From Octopus bimaculoides (taxonomy: Eukaryota), in the NCBI RefSeq assembly GCF_001194135.2, contig NC_068997.1, positions 20,160,791 through 20,224,318 of the forward strand: a stretch of DNA of 63,528 nt, read 5' to 3'. A model generated the notes under the pieces. It saw nothing but the letters and a program-made list of their open reading frames with translations, ran no database searches and was not told the origin of the DNA. The position numbers and the translations under genes are program-made. Below are positions 27,356 through 39,320 of this stretch, one piece after another (position 1 is the stretch's first letter; every line of letters begins with the position of its first letter).

Positions 27356-27392
<37 letters not shown>

Positions 27393-27523
27393 TTTTATAT
27401 CTTTGTCTGACTGACTGTCTCTGTCTGTCTGTCTCTCTATCTGTCTATCTGTCTATCTATCTGTCTGTCTGTCTGTCTATCTGTCTATCTATCTACCTGT
27501 CTGTCTGTATGTCTATCTATCTG

Positions 27524-27562
<39 letters not shown>

Positions 27563-27573
27563 CTGTCTTGTAG

Positions 27574-27914
27574 TAAAGTCTACCGATTTGGCACCAAGAA
27601 AGGCATCTTCTGATGGAAACATATCCAGTAAATATCAAGATATCAAAGAAACTAAAAAACTTGAAAAAAATAAAGTTAGTGAAGCAGTTCCAAAGAAAAC
27701 TGAGGAAATCGTTCCCTCCCAAAGTACCACTACTCACTTATCAGAACCACTGGTAAGCAAAGAAGCAGAAACTTCCACATCAAAACTAACCACTATACAC
27801 AATGATCGGCAAAGCGATGCTGAAGGAATAAGTAACCAAGCATTCCAAGATGAAGTGTCCTTGTCAATGTCGGTCAACAGCGATGTTTTGGATAGCCCAG
27901 ACCACAACTCCGAT
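27574..27914 (+). CDS. Syt14: Synaptotagmin-14-like exon, S/T/K-rich linker ([10 protein letters not shown]...[10 protein letters not shown]...SPDHNSD), phase 1-0
   Basis: Flanked by TTGTAG and GTAAGT; in frame with ORF 27588..28085. Phases join correctly to both neighbouring exons. Confidence 0.85.
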
Positions 27915-28930
27915 GTAAGTGTTTTTTTAACTTCAAACTTAAGGGAATATTTCTGGTCAGTTACCCAAATTTGTAATGGTAATGTGACCTTGTCCAACAA
28001 ACTATTGCAAAAAAATATTTATGGCTCTATGATTTGTTTATTTATTCTTCACATGTTTCTGCAGATTCAAATGCAAATATGCTAGTCATTGTTGTGTATG
28101 TCACAGGAGAATAATTTCCCCCTTTTACAATGACAGTGTGTTCATAACACATTCCACTCAGCTCATTGGCATAAGGAATTCTGGAACATTGGTTTTTTGA
28201 TATGTTTTGTCTTGTCAGCCCAGAAGTACCCCAACCTTTGAACCTGAACAAGCCACTGGATTTGTTTCAGCAAACAAACTGTTTGCTGATCAGTGCTTAT
28301 ATCTGCCAATTGATAAAAAAATTATCTTGTGACTAGCACATTTGTATTTGAATCTGCCAGAACGTATTAACGATAAGTATGCAAAACATTGTTTCAGATC
28401 TAACTGTACACAATACAAATGATTTTTTTTTTATTTATATAAATTGTATTTAAAGTGTTTTCCAGTATGCTCCAAAATATTTTAAATGTCTGATATGAGG
28501 TTCCATTCCTTCTACTTTGTCTGCATCAATGATTTTTTTTTGTTCTCACATCATTATCTCCTGATTTGAGGTGGACATACATAGTATTACCTTTTATCTT
28601 TTACTTGTTTCCGTCATTTGACTGTGGCCATGCTGGAGCACTGCCTTGAAGGGTTTAGTCAAAAAAATTGACCACAGTACTTATCTCTTTTTTTTTTAAG
28701 TCTGGTACTTATTTTAACGGTTTCTTTTGCTGATCCACTAAGTTATGGAGATGTAAACAAGCCAATTTTGGTTGTCAAGCAAGGATGGGAGTGGACAAAC
28801 ACTAATACACACACACACACACACATGTAGGATAAGCTTCCACACAGTTTCCATGGACCAAGTTCGTGTGAGCCATTTTCTTCAGCCTATTATGAGTTTA
28901 GCAGTAGAATAGGTTGTTCCAAAGCTATTC

Positions 28931-28981
<51 letters not shown>

Positions 28982-30839
28982 TTCTCTCAAGGAGTGCTAT
29001 TTCTCACTCATATCCATGTTTAGAGCTAAAAAATTCTGTTTACAATTATTATGTTAAAGTTGTTGAATTTCCTGGAGATGTTCCTGAAGATTGTTTACTC
29101 CAAACATCTCAAGATAAATGCTGTGGCATCACAAGGCTGGTGTCTCTCAGTGCAGTAACACATGGTGTTGAATACACTCTCTCTGAGACTTCCTGTAACA
29201 GACCATACAGAATCCTTAGTGATATATTTTTTACTAATGTTACATTCTTTGTCAATTGTAGTGCCTTATAATCTCTGAATTTATTGACACTGGTAGTTGT
29301 CACCACCACCACCACCACCGCTAGTGCTGGTGCCACTTAAAAGCACTGGTGCTGGGGTCACATGAAAATCACTGGTGCTGGTGCCATGTAAAAAGCACTG
29401 ATGCTGGGGCCACATAAAAAGCACCCTGCACACACTCACTGCAAAGTGGTTGGCATTAGGAAGAGCATTGAATTGCAGAAACCAAACCAACACAAACTAT
29501 GAGACCTGATGGGGGCCATGGCCTTGGCAGCACCTGTCAAGCTGTCCAACTCATGCCAGCATGGAAAATAGATGTTAAATGATGATGATGATGATGATGA
29601 AAAGGATGAAAATCAAAATTGACCTCAGTGCGATTTGAACTCAGGGCGCAGTAAATTTGATCAAATGCCACAAAGCATTCCATCTGATGTACTAACAACT
29701 TGGCCAATTTAATCATCTATACATATACAATAGACTTCTACACAGTTTCCATTTATCAAGAGTGTAGTGGTGCCTTGCTGTAGAACTGAACCTCAAACCA
29801 CATGGCTGAAAAGAAGACTTCTTAACCACACAGCAATATCAACATCAATTATGTTTCAATAACATTAAATGTTGCCACATTAACAAAACTGTGACTGTAG
29901 ACCATTGAGGAGTTTCTATGTGGACGAAAGAAACAATTGATATCTTGTTTTTTTTTTTATTTAATTTTTGCTGAGTTTCTATTATTATGTTTTTTTCTGT
30001 TGTGATTTTATGATGTAGAAACTGATTTTCCAGATCTTTCTATTTAATCATCAATAGTAATTTCTATTATAAATGTTAGGAATCAATATTAATTTCTACA
30101 GTGAAACCAATGGTTTGTAGAATCAGAACAGTGTGCCAGACAAAATGCTTTGAAGTATAATCGGATACATCCCTTTACAGTCTGAGTTCAAATCCAGCCG
30201 GAGTCTATTTTTTGCCTTTCATCCTGCCAGACTCAATGAAATAAAAGCACCAGTCAAGGTTTTGAGGGGGTGGTGATCAATATAATCAACTTCCTCCTCT
30301 TACTCTTCCTCTCAGCTAGTTTATATAGAAATCAATATTGTTTCTATCATGAATTGAAGTGGATCTTAGAATTAACACCCCCCCACCCCCCACCCCCCTG
30401 CCATACTGGGTTTTTATAGATATTTATTGTATGATTCTATGTGGGTCAATATTTTTCAATCAGTTTTTTTCTCTCTTTTTCTTTTTTCTATATCGTTAAA
30501 CTGGATTGTCCGGTATTTCATGGTCGAAGTTCATTATATATAATAAGTGAAACCTATACTATATAAAATACATATAATCAAAAATACAATATTAATATAA
30601 TAATAATGATAATAATGGTAACAGTAATAATGGTACTGATGATCATCTTAGAGGAAGGAGGAGAAAAAAAACTCCTTTCTAATTGTATTATCATTTCTAA
30701 ATAAGAAAACTAATTGATTTTCATAATTAATAAACTATTTATTGATTAAATTTTGAATTTAATGTAACTGGCATAAAACAATATAAAATATAATTTTTAT
30801 ATTAATGCAAAAACAAAAAGATTAATAAATACTGCTGCT

Positions 30840-30893
<54 letters not shown>

Positions 30894-30954
30894 CATTTTT
30901 ATTCTTTTGCTGGTTCCTTTTAAAGTTGTATTGTTTAATACAATCTCAGAAATC

Positions 30955-32995
30955 ACTATTGCATATACCCCATCCATTTATGAGGTGCATTTTTAATAAA
31001 ATATCTAATTTAAGAGCCACCAATATCTTTATAATGTACATTTATAAGAGCAGCCTATCTATTTATGATGTGTATTTCATAAAGTATCTAATATAAGGAC
31101 ATCCAGTTTCTTTGTAATGTACATTTATAAGAGCAGTCGGTCTATGATGTCCAATTTATAATATATGATAATATCCAGGTTCTTCTATGAGGTACATTTA
31201 TAAGAACAGTCTATTTATGATGTGTATTTAATAGAATATCTAATATAAGGACACCCTTATATTTATCTGTGATATACATTCATTAGAGCCACCCAGTTCA
31301 TTAATGATATGCACATAATAAAATTAATATAAAGGCATTCAATTTCCCTATGATGTTCATATATAAGAGCAGTCAGTCTATGACATCCATTTAATAATAT
31401 AACATGGCATCAAGATTCTTTGTGATGTACACTTATGACTGCAGTTTAATAAAATTTCTGATATGCGTTTAATAGAATATTTAATAAGAGCAGCTATTTC
31501 CTTTATGATGTATATTTATGAAGGCAGACAGTCTATGATGTATACATAATGAAAATATTTAATGTAAAGGCATCCAACTTTTCTGTGTACATTGGCAAGA
31601 GCAGTCAGCATATGACATGCCTTTAATAATACATAACAACATCAAGATTCTTTGTGTTTTATATTTATAAAAGCAGTCAGTCTATTTATGACGTGTGTTT
31701 AATTAAAATATCTAATGTAAGAGCATCCAGTTCCTGTATGATGTACATATATAAAATCAGATTGTCTATTTATGACATATTTTAAATAAAATATCTAATG
31801 TAGGAGCATATGATGTACATTTCTAAAAACTGTTGGTCTGAGATCTATATTTAATAAGATATAACAGCATCCAGTTTCTCTGTGTTGTAAAGAAGGTCAC
31901 CAATTTTGTCTATACATAATAAAAATATCTTATCTAAGGGACCTCAGTTTTCCTGTGATGTACATTCATAAGAACAATCAGTCTGTTTATGTGGTGTATT
32001 TAATAATACATCTAATATATGGATATTCAGTTTCTCTATGATATATATTTATTAAAGCAACCAGTTTGTTTATGATGTACACATAAAAAAATATCTAATG
32101 TGGAAGCATTCAATATCTCTATGAGATACATTCTAAGAGCGATCAGTCTATGACATTCATTCAACAATATATGGCAGCATGGAAGTTCTCTATAATGTAC
32201 ATTTATGATGGCCCTTTAATAAAATTTATGATATGCATTTAATAAGATATTTATCATAGGAGCAGTTAAGTTCCCTATGATGTACATTAGTAACAGCAGT
32301 CAGCCTATGATATACATTTAATAAAATATCTAATATAAGAGCATCTAGTTTTTCTTTGGCACTTGTTTATGACATGCATTTTTAATGAAATATCTAAGAG
32401 TATCCAGCATGTCTGTGATGTACATTTGTAAGAGAGACCAATCTATTTATAACATGCATTTAATAAAACATTTAAGAGCAGTCAATATATCTATGATGTA
32501 CATTTATAAGTAAGACTGGGCTATGATATGCATCTAACAAAGTATTTAAGAGCAGTCAATATGTCTATAATGTACATTTATTTATAAGGGAAGCCAGTCT
32601 ATGACATATATTTAATAATGAACAGTAGTGGACAAAAGTTTGGATAATTTTTATAAAATGAAAATTGTTTTGCCCAAGTACAATTCGATTCAAATATATA
32701 CAATGTAGAGATGTACCTGCCTGATGACAGATCCAATACTTCAATATCTAGGAAAGAAAATTAGGCAATATGCAAAATGTAGTTCTAGACCAAATTGCTT
32801 GCTTTTACTAGATAGAAGCTAGTACATCACCTATGCGAAAATATGTTCCAAAGTTTTGGCTACGATTGTATCTAAGGATGTCCATTTTCTCTTACGACCT
32901 ATATTTATAAGAGCAGCATATCTATACTATGCATTTAGAAATATATTTAATTTGAGGGTATGAGGTTTTTCTGTGATGTTACATTGATAACAGCA
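30955..32995. repeat. Degenerate tandem array of about 73-83 bp units built from ~40-bp subunits
   Basis: Recurring ATGTACATTTATAAGAGCAGTC and TGATGTGTATTTAATAAAATATCTAATATAAG segments; for example, unit starts at 31034, 31117 and 31190. Confidence 0.85.
32623..32868. mobile_element. Degenerate Tc1-like MITE inserted into the tandem array
   Basis: Imperfect TIRs CAGTAGTGGACAAAAGTTTGGA and TCCAAAGTTTTGGCTACGATTG, followed by TA. Confidence 0.6.
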
Positions 32996-34090
32996 ACTAG
33001 ACAGAATAGGGATAGAGGGACAGAAAATATGGATAGGTAGGTAAGAGAACATCAGTGAAAAGAGTGTAACAGGTGATTAGAAATGAGTATTGAGGTGGAC
33101 AAAGTGAATATCAGTTTGGAGGAGGAGGGGATAAAGGAAATAGGAGTAGGGAGGAGGAGGTGATAAGGGATGTCTGTTTATTAAGACAGCAACCTGGTTG
33201 TTTTGGTGAAATGCTGTGCATGAGAAAATTCATGAAGCCAAGTGAAACCATATTCGTGACCATTGCTAGTGTCATGTAAATGGCACCTATGAAACCATAG
33301 CTGTGGCTGTTGCTAGTGTCATATAAATGGCACCCATGCTGGTGACACATAAAAAGCACCCATTGTAGTGGTTGGCATTAGGAAGGGCATCCAGCCATAG
33401 AAATCATGTTAAATCAGACAGGAACCTGGTGCGGCTCTTCAGCTTACCAGTTCCAGTCAAACTGTCTAACCCATGCCAACATGGGAGGCAGATGTTAAAC
33501 GATGATGATGATGATGTTTTAAGAAGATGAAGGCATGTGACCCAGTGGTTAGGATTTTGCACTCGTGATTACTAGACCATGGATTCAATTCCCGGGCTGG
33601 GTGGCACGTTCTTGAGCAAAACAGTTCATTTCATGTTGCTCCAGTCCCCTCAGCTGTAAATGGGTCACCTTGTGACAGAATAAGCCTTCCAGTCAGGGGA
33701 AATGTTGGGTACAATGAAGATTTGTCATGAAACTGTAGCTTGGCACCCACATTTATGTACATGTTCTGGGGCCTTAAAAAGATGCTCTGGGGTTTTGTAT
33801 TATCTATTTATAGTACCAATAGGATTTTTCCCCTATCTTGTCATAAACAACAAATGTTTCTCTTATTGTTTTTCCCCACTTTATCTCTCTCTCTCTATTG
33901 TTTTTTCATTTAAAATATGTGTGTGTATGTGTGCATACATGTGTGTATGTATGTACCTATGTACGTATATAAATATATATGTGCCTATATATATGTGTGT
34001 ATATATGTATATATATGTATGCATCTATGTATGTATATGTATGAATATATATGTGTATATGTATATATGTATATGAATATATATATAGGC

Positions 34091-34132
<42 letters not shown>

Positions 34133-35337
34133 NNNNNNNNNNNNNNNNNNNNNNNNNNNNNNNNNNNNNNNNNNNNNNNNNNNNNNNNNNNNNNNNNNNN
34201 NNNNNNNNNNNNNNNNNNNNNNNNNNNNNNNNNNNNNNNNNNNNNNNNNNNNNNNNNNNNNNNNNNNNNNNNNNNNNNNNNNNNNNNNNNNNNNNNNNNN
34301 NNNNNNNNNNNNNNNNNNNNNNNNNNNNNNNNNNNNNNNNNNNNNNNNNNNNNNNNNNNNNNNNNNNNNNNNNNNNNNNNNNNNNNNNNNNNNNNNNNNN
34401 NNNNNNNNNNNNNNNNNNNNNNNNNNNNNNNNNNNNNNNNNNTATATGAATATATATATAGGCATATATACATATATATAATGTATGTATATTCCTCCAG
34501 CTCTCTCCCTGCATTTTTCTTTCTCTTACTTTTGAGCTTGACGCTGATAATGAACAGTTACCAATATGAACAGTTGCCATGCCAACAGTTATATTTGCGC
34601 TGACAGCTTAGTATAACCAAATGATCCATGAGCAAACAAATATGAAAGAAGCCAACTAAGGAACAAACTTTGAAAAGGTCGAATAACCAGCTAGAAATAG
34701 CAGCTCAACCTCTTTCAGATCACACCCTGCTGGCTGCACAAAAGAATAGTTGTATTAGATAATGTAGTTCTAGATATACGAAGTCTGAAAAATCCTTTGA
34801 TCATAAATCTCTCTTGTATCAAGGCTGACCTAAGGCTAAACAACAGCACCAACAACAACAATAAATTTGAAGTGAGATGATGTTAGATGATAAGGATGAT
34901 CATGGTGTTGTTGTTGATGATGATGATGTCTGTAAAGACACTATCATCTTCATTATGATGATAATGATGATGATAAAAACAGGATGATGACAAACTAGAT
35001 AATGAGACATCAAGAACAATAATGATAATAATGATGATGATTATTTTTATCGAGATTATTATGGTCTTCGTGATTATCATTTAAATCAGTGATTCTTAAT
35101 CGTTTTGGGTAACTACTGCTGCCATTGGTTCAAAAGCTTAATATACTGGTTTCTGATATAAGTGCCAAGCCAATAATTAGTTGTAGGGTTGGCATAGTCA
35201 ATTACAACAACCTCAATAGTTGACTGGTACTTTATTTTACGACCAGCACCAGTGTCTCCTATTTTGTTCCAGCAGCAGCAGCAGCAGTGCCTCCTACATG
35301 GCAGCAGCACCAGTGTCTCCCACATGGCACCAGTACC

Positions 35338-35373
<36 letters not shown>

Positions 35374-35519
35374 GTTATGAGCAGTAGTGGTGTCAATGAG
35401 ACCCAGAGGTTTCAGGTAATGCTGAGTAAGTGCTATGGATAGACCATAGTTTAACTCCAGGTTCGATGATTATGCGAATAAGGGGTCCAATGTAGGTCAT
35501 TATCGTAATGAGATAAAAA

Positions 35520-35881
35520 AAACTAAGGCTGTATAGATTTTAGAACATTTATAAGTAGAAGGTCTTACAGCTGTTTCCATGATATTTATTATATCCCTTC
35601 ATCAGAGACAGTGTGAGAAAATGGTTAAGCAATAGTTAATTTAGATAAGATAGGAAATAGAGAGTGAATTGGAGGAACGAAGATAGATGTGAGATATGCA
35701 GGGATATTGGATTTGTAAATCCATTATTTAGGCAGAATAGTATACATATAAGATTCCAATACCTTATGAGTAAAATTCAATAGTCTTTAAAATTGGTCGT
35801 CCCAAGTACAGAGTTTATACACAGTGTTATTGAATCAAGGGTTTTATTTAAAGTGGTTCAATAACACTGTGTATAAACTCT
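35520..35881 (-). mobile_element. Penelope-like pLTR fragment with hammerhead motif and terminal hairpin
   Basis: Hammerhead-like motif at 35609-35562 and a perfect 25-bp inverted repeat at 35810-35834 / 35857-35881. Confidence 0.6.
35562..35609 (-). ncRNA. Type I minimal hammerhead ribozyme-like motif
   Basis: Minus strand: GTCT-CTGATGA-A-GGGATAT-AATAA-ATATCATG-GAAA-CAGCTG-TA-AGAC. Core boxes, stem I, palindromic stem III and GUA site are intact; the base of stem II is mismatched. Confidence 0.75.
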
Positions 35882-36839
35882 CAGTGCTTTGGTCAGCCCA
35901 GGGCTATAGTGGAAAACACTTGCCCAAGGTATGCCACGCAATCTCCCTTTGATGGGTTGTCATAAGCAAACAAGCCATGCAGTGGGTATGAACCTAAAAT
36001 GATGTGCTTGGGAAGCCAACTTCTTAACCACACACCCACACCTGCTCCTACTAATAAAGGAAACAAAAACTATTGAACAGATATCTAACCTAAATGCAAT
36101 ATCATTGTTTTGACCCACACATCATCTTGAACCAATAGTACAGCTACTCGGAAATTTTAGACACATCAGCAACACAAGTGTATGTACATTATAAGAATAT
36201 GTTCAAAAATTCTTGCACTTCTTTTTTTCTTCTCATCTGAGTTACAAACAATCAATACTGATCAAAGTAGATGCGGTATAAATTTTCTCTCTAGTCTGAA
36301 ACTCTTGTATCAAATTAAAAGTTTACTCTTATAAATCCTGAGAAATAGCAGCTGGACTGTAGCATTGATAAAGTCACCTTCAGATTGTCCAGAAATAATA
36401 CATAAAAATTAGGCTGAACAATGGAGCTGAATGACAAAAAAAAACAAAAAACAAAAAAAAAAGCTACCCAGATATATTTTCACTGCATCCTTACATCAGC
36501 AGACACTAAGATGCCAATGCTGGAGCATCTTAGTGGTTGTTTGACTGGCTAGAAAGAGCAGCTAAATGTTTCTCAAGTGATAATCTACTTAAAACAAAGA
36601 ACGGGAGGATCATGACTAAACACCACCACCACCACTACCACCACTACCAACAACAACAACAACAACAACAACCAAGCACTGTACATCAGAAGTGTGCTGT
36701 TTGGTCCTATAATAGACTCATCTTCAACATTTTAATGTTCACTTTTCCATGTTTAAATGGTTCAGACATGTGTGTGTATGTATACGTGCATGTGTATGTA
36801 TGTGTATGCATATATTTATCTATCTATCTATCTATCTAT

Positions 36840-36908
<69 letters not shown>

Positions 36909-38251
36909 TTAGGCCTCACCAAGGCAATTCATAAGGCTGGTTACCCAGTTTCCATTCTGTATAAGTGACCTATATCACAACATTCCTGCTGAACAGAATA
37001 CTGGCTCATTGCAGGGTACAAGGGCAGCAATTCTGAGGGGAGGGGCTAAGTCAGATACATCGACCTCAGTGCTTGACAGGTACTTCAGTTTATTGACCTT
37101 GATGGAATGAAATGCAAGGCTGATCTCAGTGGGATTTGAACTCAGAAGAGAAAGAGCCAGAAGTGCTGTCAAGCATTTTGTCCGATGTGTTAATGCTTCT
37201 GCCATCTTGCTACTGTCATACTTGTTATATAATAACTGGTAATTTCACCTCTGATAATTTTCAATTACAGTTCAGTAACTAATTTAGAAAGTAACTAAAA
37301 TATATCTACATATGTCTTGCTGAATAAGAATTCTTTGGTTCAAAGCCAAATTTAACAAGGTAACATCTGATATAGATCTAAATCTAATATGTTATCTATA
37401 TTTAACTCACAATCAATATCCAAATCATGATTTTGATTCTTATTATAGTCAAAAGTGAATTTGTTGTGATACCAATAAGAGGCAAGACTGCGATTGTGAT
37501 ATAATGTTCTCACATTAAATCTGGATTTTAATAGAAAAGTTCATACCCATCTCGTCTCCTTGAGGCTTGCTCGAAAGGAACTCAGCCACGGAGGTGAGGT
37601 AGCTGAATTCCTTTCAAGCGGGTCTCACGGAGGCGAAGTAGCTGAGTTCCTTTCGAGCATTGGGCCTCATGAAGGCAAAGCGGCTGCGCTCCTTTCGAGT
37701 GTTGGGCCTCATGAAGACAATGGGCAAGAGCTTTGGCATTATGTCGTGCTTGAGAAGAAGACCCATCAAGCTGAGCAAAATCGCAGTTGTGGCAGATACC
37801 AATGTCATGCGAATGGCACCTGTGCCAGTGGCACGTAAAAGCACCCATTACACTCTTGGAGTGGTGGGTGTTAGGAAGGGCATCCAGCCAGAGAAAACCA
37901 TGCCAAATCAGACTGGATCCTGGCGCAGCCTTCCAGTGTGCCAGCTCAGTTAAACTGTCCAACTCATGCCCAGCATGGACAACAAATGTTAAATGATGAT
38001 GATGATGATGAATCTACAGACATATGTCAGATTTTACAGCCGTACCTGAGATTATACAGGTATACTCTGAGAATATACAGGCATACCCTGAAAATATACA
38101 GGCATGACTTAAAATAAGCAGACATACCTCAGAATTTATAGACGTATATCTTGAAGTGTGTCACTAGCATATCCTGAATGTTTGTAGAAATGTGTTAGTA
38201 GCACAACCTGAAAACGCAGACACGCACGCACACACGCACGCCTGCATGCAT

Positions 38252-38297
<46 letters not shown>

Positions 38298-39089
38298 GTG
38301 TGTTAGTGGCACACCTTGAATAAATTAATGCATAGTTAATAACTGATCCTGAATGCATTCTGAAGTGTGTTAGTAGCAGACTTCTATAAATATTCAAATT
38401 GTGAGCTACTAACACATCTCTACATGTACACAGGATGTGCTAATAACTTTTACGTATATTCTGGTTGTGCTACTAACACACTTCTAAATTTGTTCAAAGT
38501 GTGCTACGAGTGCATTTCTGCTTCTATTCTGAGTATACTAATAACAATACATATTTAATGTGTGCTATTAACACAGCTATCAACAACATACCTCAGATAT
38601 ATAAAAGTGTGTTAGTAGTACACACTATATCAGTGGTTTCCAAAGTGGACGGTACTGCCCACTTGGGAGTGGGGTGGAAAGGTCGAAAGTTCTCGGGGGT
38701 GTTGAAGAAAAGTGGGGTGATAATGTGGTGGCCAAAAGGGGGCAACGGATGTAAAAGTCACAAAATAATTGGGTTATTTAGGTTAAGTTTTATTTGTGAA
38801 ATGCAGTTGCTTTGAATTTGCCACAGAAAGTGGTCAGTGATTGTGATCGTAAATGATGGGTGGTGGGGTGCTAGGAATGTGGTCCGAGTGCCAAGGGAGC
38901 AGCAGCTGAAAAAACGTGTTTGGGAACACCTGCATTATATATATGTATATATATATATATATAGTGCTTCTCAACCACATGTTTCTGGGTTCAGTCCCAC
39001 TGTGTAGCACCTTGGGCAAGTGTTTTCTACTATAGCCTCAGGCCAACCAAATCCTTGTGAGTGGATTTGATAGATGGAAACTGAAATAA

Positions 39090-39320
39090 GGCGGTGAGCT
39101 GGCAGAAACGTTAGCGCGCTGGGCGAAATGCTCAGCAGTGTTTCGTCTGACGTTACGTTCTGAGTTCAAATTCTGCCGAGGTCGACTTTGTCTTTCATCC
39201 TTTCGGGGTCGATAAATTAAGTACCAGTTACGCACTGGGGTTGATGTAATCGACTTAATCCCTTTGTCTGTCCTTGTTTGTCCCGTCTATGTTTAGCCCC
39301 TTGTGGGCAATAAAAAAACA
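39090..39320 (+). mobile_element. Full-length young SINE with 14-bp TSD, nested in an older SINE
   Basis: TSD GGAAACTGAAATAA (39076-39089) / GGAAACTGAAAGAA (39321-39334). CpGs retained; internal GTTCAAATTC B-box-like motif and A-rich tail. Confidence 0.9.

Noticed and set aside
28992-29270. Strong-looking (TC)n acceptor followed by a ~90-codon open frame, as an alternative Syt14 exon
   Set aside because: The open frame is out of phase with the upstream phase-0 donor, the in-phase frame stops after 21 codons, and there is no motif. Frames of this length are expected by chance in a window this size.
32716-32770. CTGATGA...GGAAAG as a hammerhead inside the Tc1-like MITE
   Set aside because: Stems I and III do not pair around a valid NUH site.
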